From Nitrospirota bacterium (lineage in GTDB: Bacteria > Nitrospirota > UBA9217): a DNA stretch of 64,000 nucleotides. The stretch lies in the NCBI GenBank assembly GCA_963754875.1, contig CAVWHO010000015.1:1-64000 (forward strand). Reading direction: 5' to 3'. Positions 50,841-60,100 of this stretch are shown here, piece by piece. The stretch's first letter is position 1; each line of letters begins with the position of its first letter. The translations under genes were made by a program, and so were the position numbers. The notes beneath the pieces are model-generated. The model worked only from the letters and a program-made list of their open reading frames with translations, did no database searches and was not told the DNA's origin.

Positions 50841-50867
50841 TTATCGGCTAAGCAGTCGAAAACTTTA
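50841..50867 (-). promoter_or_regulatory. Sigma28 (FliA) promoter
   Basis: The minus strand reads TAAA-GTTTTCGACTGCTTA (15 nt)-GCCGATAA, a perfect consensus. Confidence 0.85.
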
Positions 50868-50913
50868 ACAGACTGTCAAAATTTTCGCTGTCATTTCATC
50901 ATGTTTATAACCC

Positions 50914-51073
50914 GTCAAATCATTGACATAAATTTTAAATGATGTCAATTTAATCATGCCATTATTTAGAGTGCCTCCATGCTATACAATAGAAATTACT
51001 TCTAAAAATCAGCATGTTATACATAATATTTTTATGGTTTATTCATTCTCGCGGCTTAGGCAATATATTTGCA
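50914..51073 (+). promoter_or_regulatory. Sigma54 promoter with a candidate enhancer site and an IHF site
   Basis: GTCAAATCATTGAC palindrome (50914-50927), AATCAGCATGTTA IHF-like site (51007-51019), TAGGCAATATATTTGCA with GG-N10-GC spacing (51057-51073). Confidence 0.6.
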
Positions 51074-51189
51074 AGTTCAAAAGAGAATCTAAAGCATCTT
51101 CAGCACTTAATATCTTCATCTCAGTGCAAGCAGACAACAAGTGATCATAATTCACATAAACCCTATTGCGGCTACAAGGAAGGCATTCA

Positions 51190-54100
51190 ATGATACATTG
51201 CATCGGTGATAGTCCTGTATATGTATTTACCGGAGTGGACACAATCGGTGGCAACGACATTCTCTTGGATTTCAAGACCTACCGGCTTGGCCCCCACACT
51301 GCGTATAATGCGATAACAAAATGGGATATAATCGAAAGCTTTTTAAAGAATTCCGTTAAACCAAGCGATTCGGTCATGTTTTGTTTTGGGGAGATCGACT
51401 GCAGAGTACATTTACAGAAGCAATCAGAGCTGCAGAAACGGCCCCTGGAAGACGTAGTGAGTGAGTGCGTGCAGAGATATTTTGCTGTATTCGAAAAGGC
51501 GAAACACTACGGTCATCAACTGCTTGCATGGAATGTCCCGGCGTCAAGCCTCAACAACGTGGGATACGGCGAGTACTCAACCTATGGCAATTGTAAGCAA
51601 AGAAATGAAGTAATCAGTCTGTTTAATAAACATCTCAAGCGGCTCTGCGAAAAAAACGGTGTTATTTTTATTTCGATCTTTGACAAACTCGTCGATGACG
51701 ACGGGCTGACCAATCCTCTTTATTATATGGATTCCATTCATCTCTCACAAAGGGCAATGCCGCTTATTCAGGAGGTGCTGCGAAACCACGGTATACGACT
51801 TTCTCCATTGCAGCGCGATGAAGGCCGACAGCTTGATTATCTGACCACGCTGGCGAAATCCGGCACTGCCCTGGAATTCCGCAACATCAAATCATCTGCA
51901 GGATCACTGCGACCGCAAATTTTGCAATTCCTGTCACGGACCTTTGGTCTTGAAACCTTTATAGAAACAGGAACTTTTATGGGCGATACCACTTTCATCG
52001 CCTCCGACATTTTCAAAACCGTGCACACCATAGAACTAAGTCCTGAATTGCACCAAAAAGCGGTAAAGCGATTTGAGAACCGTTCTCACGTTCACGTGCA
52101 TCATGGTGACTCCAGCAGTATATTCCCGGAGATACTCGGCCAAAATAATCAGAATGTGCTCTTTTGGCTGGATGGTCATTACAGCGAGGGAATCACGGCA
52201 AAAGGTGACGAAAACACACCCATCATCCAGGAATTGAAGGCGATCAAGAACGCACAGACAAAAAACGCAGTGATCCTCATCGATGATCTCAGGATGTTTG
52301 ACACGACGTGGGACCATATCCCCCTGGATTCGGCCGCACGGGGTTATCCAATGGCGACATCTCTGTGTGCTGCAATACAGGAGATAGATCCATCATATGA
52401 ATTCGCGGTTCTTGGCGATGTTTTTATGGCTTATCCAAAACGAGATCAGCAGGTAATCTCGCAAGTAGTTGCTGCCTGCACCATCAGCAGGCTTTACGAT
52501 GGGAGCAACTATGAACTGCAAGAAGTTTTGAAAGCTGAAGCGGTAATCGGCGCAGCGCAAAATGAAGAATTGTCGTTCCTGCAGTGTCTCTATGTGCATC
52601 TTATCGGATCGGAAGAATATGGTTTTGGCCAACATTACCGGCTTTGGGCTGCGCTCACCCAGGCTGCGAATAAAAAGTACGACAGGGCATGTAAGGAATT
52701 ACTGATCGCTATCAACCTCGGATGTGAACATTGGCGAGTCAACTGGTATCTCGCAAACGACGCTTATGAAGCCGGCTTTTATTCTCTTGCTGATAAATCT
52801 CTTGAAAAGGCTGAGCAGGCTTCGCCGGATTTTCAGGAAGCAATACACCTTAAGCAAAAGATAGCACGGGACCTGAGCGAACGGCGTCAGGAGAACAGTT
52901 TCACCAGGCAAGATCATCTGGAGATCGCCGTTCATCTGCAGAGAGCGGGAAGAACACAAGCAGCCCGTGATGAACTTCAGGCAATCCTGTCGGGCAATGC
53001 TTCTGACAAGGATGTTCTCTACGAGTACGCGAGTTGCCTCATCGAGGCGAAACAGCAAGAAGCCGCAAGCGAGCAATTACAGGATATATTGAAGCGTGAT
53101 CCTTCCTACGCGAACGCTCAGAATAGCCTGGGCGTGATCGCCTATCAACAAGGTCATCTTGATAAAGCCATGGAATATTTCGGCATGGCGTTATCGCAAG
53201 AGAATCTGAATCACCAGGCATTGCAAAATGCCTTGATTCTGTCTAAGCAACTCGGCATCAGCAATGAAGCATTGTGTATGCTTCGCGACATACTGGTTAA
53301 ATTTCCAAACGACTCAACTCTCGCTAACATTGCCCAACGGTTCATCGACGATCAAAAAAACGCCAAGAATCGGGAAAACACCAACTATGCAGCAAATGAG
53401 CAATTATCGTCTATGAAAAAAGGCAATAAATCTGCTGCGGCTACCGGCAAACCAGAAACCGGTTCATCGGCTGCAGCGGCGTCCGGGATTACTTCCGGAA
53501 GTGACTCACCGCATTCTAAGACATTCATCATTAACATGGTCTATGAGCATTTATCACAACAGCAGATGCATACCAAACATGCCGATTCGATTTCAATCAT
53601 CTGGTCGGCCGTCCCGCTCGAAGGCTGCGACGTATATGCATATGTGAATGCAAGCAGCTTTCGCGGACGAATCGGCGGCATACAGGTGTTGTTAATGCTG
53701 GAGCCGGTCGTCGTATTGCCCGGTGAATACAGCGAGGTTGTATGGAGAAACTTCGACTATGTTTTTACCATGTGCGATGCACTGGTCGGAACGCACCCAA
53801 GGTTCGTCAAAATACAGTATCCGCGCGCCGACTGGATCGTTCCGGCGGCGAGCACAGAAAACCTCGATGGGCGTCGGAATAATTATCCAACGGAATCGCG
53901 TGCAAATGCAATCTGTATGATTAACGGAAACAAGCATTCCTTCATTGAGAGTGAATTGTATTCTAAACGCATGGAAGCAGCACTCTGGTTCCATCTGCAC
54001 TCCGATATTCCGTTCGAGGTTTATGGACGGCCCCCGTTCGCATTACCCAATTACCGTGGCGCACTTTCACCCGAAAACAAACTCCCGACGCTATCGCACT

Positions 54101-57100
54101 TTCGCTACAGTCTCTGCTTCGAAAATACTAATCATCGAGAGTACTCTGCAGGATACATAACCGAAAAAATCCTCGATTGTCTGGAGACGCGCACCATCCC
54201 GATCTACCTTGGCGCTGTGAATATCGAACATTATGTCCCAAAAGAGTGTTTCATCGACATGCGCGAGTTCAAAAGCTATTCGCAATTGGACGCTAATCTG
54301 CGCTCAATGACCTCGGGAGAATATCTTCGCTTTATTGACAAGATAGATGATTGGGTCTCTCGGGGTGGCCTGCGCCCCTACTCCATTCACAGAGTTTATG
54401 ATAAGCTGGCGTCGCTTCTGGCTGGAACAGCACTTGCCCTGGAGTGGCAGAATGGCTTGGTTTTCAATCATGCAACAAAACAATGGCATCCTGTAATCTC
54501 TCCTGCCTTATGGACATGGAATGATCTGGCAAATGCTGACCCACCGGTGAGTGTTCTTCCACCGAGACGCGCCGGGCAGGATAGCAACGATCTTACAAGA
54601 CAAGAGAAGGCACACCAGCTGATCGATGAATTTGCCGAGTTCAAAGCCGATGCGGAGGAGAATATGAAATCAAATGCAGCATCGTTTTATAAAACGCTCT
54701 TGTCCGTCTGGCCAATTCACAATATTCCCCAGCAACAAAATGTCTTTGTGCATCCCGTTTGGCAAAAGCAGCTTACAGCTCTCGGAGAATTAATAACCCA
54801 GGGATTGCCCGAAAACTTCCTGCTTCACCCAATTTGCCGCGAAATGTTTGTACGGATTGGATGGAACAAACAGCAAGAGCATGAACTGTCCTATATCGAC
54901 CAGCTCAGCAGCAAACTTCGAAAAAAAATATACTCCTTAAAAGAGTCGCCAATCGGATCGATTCCCCTTGACTGTAAGAAACTGCCTCTTTCCGTGAATA
55001 CTCTCGGCATGATCTGGTATTTTGCGCGTATCCATGAACTTCTGGCAAAATCGCCTGCCACGGTTATTGAATTGGGTGGTGGTTTCGGCTCACTTGCCCG
55101 GGTATTCAAATCCCTTGGCAACCCCGCCCTCACCTATACCATAATTGATTTGCCGGAGATGCTGGCTCTTCAATACTTTTATCTCTCTGCGACCCTGGGA
55201 CGAGATGCAGTCGAAGCTCATGTCAAGCCTGATGAACGCGTTGTTCCCGGAAAAATCAACCTCTTTCCGGTTTATGGAATCGAAGCTCTGAATCTTTCTG
55301 CAGATCTTTTTGTATCAACCTTCGCCCTCTCCGAGACTCCCCGGTTCATGCAGGAGCATGTCTGCGGAATTAAGAATTTTTTCAATGCACCCTTTGTTTA
55401 TATAACCGGTCAGAATGTGACCGAACGGAGCGAGCTCGGATGGCAGCCTCCACAGACAATAGTCCAGCAAGCCCGCGACTCCCGCCAAAAGGTCGTAGTG
55501 AATCGTTTTCATATCGGCGACAACTATGAACTGATTGCTTCGCAACTTGTTCACGCCGGCTTAAACCATCCGGGGACTGCCGCACGATCACTGGGCGCGA
55601 GAGATGGCGGGAACGTTGTCCGGGAAGATACGCAGACAACAGCAACGCCGGCCCAACCAAATGCAAAAACAGTCGGGTTGACAGTCAGCAAAGACCGTGC
55701 GATGCAGTTGGAGGCTACCGTAAGAAGCTTTTTCAAGCATTGCAAAGACGCGGATCAGTTGCGCCTAAAAGTGCTTTATACAACCTCCAGCAATTTTCAT
55801 GAAGCCCAATATCAGCAACTAAAACACGAGTATCCTGCTGTGGATTTCGTCCGGGAGACTTCGTTTAAAAAAGACTTCTTGGCAGTTTTGTCGGATTTTC
55901 AATATGTCTTGTTCATGGTCGACGATAACATCTTCGTTCGCGACTTTTCACTTGTGCATGTCACTCAAAGTCTCGGCAATAATCCAGATGCCATCGGGTT
56001 TTCTCTCCGGCTGGGAAAAAACACGAACTACTGCTACATGTTAAACAGAGCACAAGCTGTCCCTCCTTTTCAATTGCTGGACTACAATATGCTGAAATTC
56101 AACTGGACGACTGGAGAATGCGATTTCGGGTACCCTCTGGAGCTGTCGAGTTCGCTTTATCGAACTGCGAGTATTCTTCCGCTGCTGCATCAGCTTGATT
56201 TCAAGAACCCGAATACCTTGGAAGCTGCCCTGGATCTCAACAAACACCGATTTGCGGCGGGGAATCAGCACCTCCTCTGTTACGCAACATCGGTGGCATT
56301 CTGCAATCCGATTAATAAGGTCCAGACAGTCTACAACAATAAATCCGGCGTTGACACTTCGTATTCGCCTAGCCTGCTTGCGAAGCTGTACAGCCAGGGT
56401 TCCAGAATAGACCTTGTTCCTTTCGAGAACTTCGAACCGAACTCGTGCCATCAGGAAATGAATTTCCGGTTCGCAACCCCTTCCGAAGAACACGCTGCAG
56501 CCGCCACAGGTGACAGGTCTGCCCAATCGCTTGTCTCCATTATCATACTCAACTACAATGGTTTGGAACATATCCGGCCCTGCCTGGAGTCGATTCAGCG
56601 GAATACCCCGGAGCGCCACGAGATCATCGTGGTCGATAATGCTTCGACCGATGGTTCAAAAGAAGAGCTCCGGTCTCGCAGGGACATCACTCTCGTGGAG
56701 AATCAGACGAATATCGGTTGCCCCCCCGCGCGCGCCCAGGCACTGACGCTCGCAACAGGCGATTATGTGGTCTTCCTCGATAATGATACCATCGTCACCC
56801 CGAGATGGCTGACGACGTTCCTCGAACATGCCAAAGCAAATCCCCTCATCGGGATCATGGGACCGCGTTCAAACTATGTGTCAGGTTCCCAGCTTGTTCC
56901 CAACGTACCTTATAAGGATATCCCCGGACTCGAGGCGTTCTCCCTGCAGCTTGCCGCGGAACACAGAGATCAGCTTACCCGGACACGCCGTCTTGTCGGT
57001 TTCTGCATGTTCGTTCGAAGGGAAGTGATCGATAAAATCGGCAACATTGACGAATCATTCGGCAAGTTTGGTTTTGAGGACGATGACTATACCTGGCGCG

Positions 57101-60100
57101 CACATATCGCCGGTTTTACTGCCGTGATCGCAAATGATGTTTTCATTCATCATACGGGCGGACCACAGGGACGTGGAAATCAGCAGTACAACCAGCTCCT
57201 GTTACAGGCATGGACAGTATTCAGGAACAAGTGGGAGCTGCCCGCGAATCTGGCCTACGGGTCGCCGTTCGATCTTTCGACCATTCTAACAAGGCCCTTT
57301 GATCCGCGAAAACATTATCTTCCCCTTGTTGCCCGGTCCGATATCAAGGCGATTGTCCGTGAAGCGTCGGACCGCTCCAGGGCCGCAGAGAAGCCGTCGG
57401 TGGCCTCCGTTGCCGCGAAGGCGATCAAAAAAGCCCGCGAGCTTCAGGAGAAGGACCGGCTTGAGGATTCCATCGCAGCGCTGATGGACGGCATCGCCCA
57501 GGCACCGGCTGATAAAGCGCTTTATCTCAGTCTCGCGGAGATCCTGATCGAGGCAAAGCGATATCAGGATGCTCTTGATGCGCTCAATTCCCTGCCTGAG
57601 GAAGGAAAGAACGACATTGTAGCGCTTGCATTGAGAGGATATTGCCACGACGGATTAGGACTCTTTGCCGAGGCACATGCCGATGCCGACCGTGTTCTGG
57701 CGCGGCAGCCGAATTCAGCCATGGCTCTGAATTTAAAAGGCGTGCTTGCGTACAAACAGGGAGACAGGGACGGCGCGGAGCGGTTCTTTGCCGCCGCTGT
57801 CGCCGCCGGCCCCGGCTACGGGGAGGCCTATGCCAACCTCGGCGTATTAAAATGGTCCGCGGACAGGAAAGAGGACGGCCTCCCCCTGCTCGAAAAAGGG
57901 TTTATTCTTTCTCCGACTGCGTCTGAACTTGTTTCGCTCTATCACACGGCGATCGTTTCGGAAGGCCTCTTTGCCCGCGCCGAAAAGTTCTTTCAAGAAG
58001 CAAAGGCGCTTCATCCGAACAACAAAAGGATAGCCTTCTTGCTGATCGATCTTTTGAACAAACAGGAGAAACACGACCTCGCCATGCGCGAAATCGAGCA
58101 GGCCATGATCCGCTTCGGCATCGACGACGGAATTCTGGCCGCAGCTCTCGATGTGCGCGGGAAGGTTGGCCCTCACCACATGATACCATCCGGCAAAACG
58201 GAAAAAACGTTGAGCCTCTGTATGATCGTAAAAAACGAGGAGCACTGCCTGGCAAATTGCCTAGCGAACGCGAAGCCCATAGTTCATGAAATGATTGTAG
58301 TGGATACAGGATCGAACGACCGGACCAAGCACATCGCCCATGCCTTCGGAGCCAAGGTGCTTGATTTCGAATGGACCGAGGACTTTTCCAAAGCCCGGAA
58401 CTTCTCCTTGTCAAAGGCTTCCGGGAGATGGGTCCTCGTTCTGGATGCAGATGAGGTAATCTCTCCTTCCGATTTTGCCGCTGTGCGCGAAATAGTAGAT
58501 ACTGCCGATCCTTCAAGGACGGCTTACAAGATAATGACGCGAAATTATTCAAATGAGGCGACCGAGCAGGGATGGAGGCAAAATCGCGGGGAGTACCCGG
58601 ATGAGGAGGCTGCGACGGGGTGGTTTCCCAGCGAAAAGGTCAGGATTTTCGTGAACGATGAACGCATCAGATTTGAAGCTCCCGTTCATGAATTAGTAGA
58701 GGGCTCGCTGCAAAAAGCGGCAATAGCAATCAAGCCGTGCACTATATCGGTCCACCATTATGGAAGACTCGATGCTAAAAAAAGGGCGACAAAGGGCGAA
58801 ACGTACTATCTCCTCGGCAAAAAAAAGATGGATGAACAAGGGGGCGACCTGAAGGCTTTGTTGGAACTCGGGATACAGGCAGGGGAATTGGGGAAATATG
58901 ACGAAGCTGTTCAGTTGTTTAAAAAGCTTGTGGATGCCGATCCGAAATATTCCAAGGCCCTATTCTATCTTGGCTATACTTATATGGTCCTCGGCCGGCA
59001 TCATGACGCCCTTCCCTATTGCAAAGAAGCGTATGCACTTGACCCCGGGGACAGGGAAGCCGCCGTTAAATATGCTCAATGTGAGATCGCGGTCGGAGAT
59101 ATTGCACTTGCCGTTTCTCTGCTTGAGGACATGGTCCGGAGGTCCCCTGATTCCATCGTTGCGGAAAGCCAGCTTGCAGTCGCGTACTGCGTTATTGGCG
59201 AGAGCGGGAAAGGGATTGCGATTCTTGACCGGCTGAGAGAAAAAAATGTGGACACTGCCTCTTTTGTCCGTGATCAGGCCGGCATTTTGCGTTCAGCAGG
59301 GAGGGTGGAAGATGCCCGGCGATTGTTGGCCGTAGCCGTGCAGGCCAATCATGCCTCGGCGAAGACGCAAAAACTTTTTGAGGAAGGTAAAACCGAAGAC
59401 AGGGAGAAGGAGACGATTGCACGACCAATGACGACCAAAGGGTTGACCTCCATCATTATTGCGGTACAGGAGGGTCAGGAGCATGTAAAACAATGTATCG
59501 AGGCCCTGGAACGCAATACTCCCGAAGAACATGAAATCGTCATGGTAACGAGCGGAGCGAACAGCGTGGAGATCGAACGTCTGAAACGATATTCTAAGAA
59601 GCGAAGGAATTATCGTGTGCTCGATGCCGGCGGCGCAGCGGGATACGCCGCATACCTCAATAAAGGCATTGCCGAAACCTCGGGTGAATTCATAGTTCTC
59701 TTATCTCCCAAGACACTGGCAACGGAGAACTGGTTGTCAGGCTTACGAGAGTGCATTGATTCCCCTTCCCCCGCAGGAGTAGGGATTGTTGGCCCGATGA
59801 CCAATGATAAGGCCGGAATACAGAAGGTACCCCGGATCGATTATGAGCCTCACGAGGGTCTTGAAGGGTTTGCTCGCGATTTCAGAGAAAGAAACCGACA
59901 CCGGCGCGTCAGCGCCAAATATGTCGCTGGATTCTGCATGCTGTTGCGCCGTGACCTTGTGGAAAAGGTTGGGTTGTTCGATGAAAATCTGGGCAATAGC
60001 AACAGTGAGGATGAGGATTATTGTCTCAGGGCCGCACTTGCGGGTTTTAAAACCATTATCGCGGGAGACGTATTCATTCATCGAGGCGACGAGGAAGATA

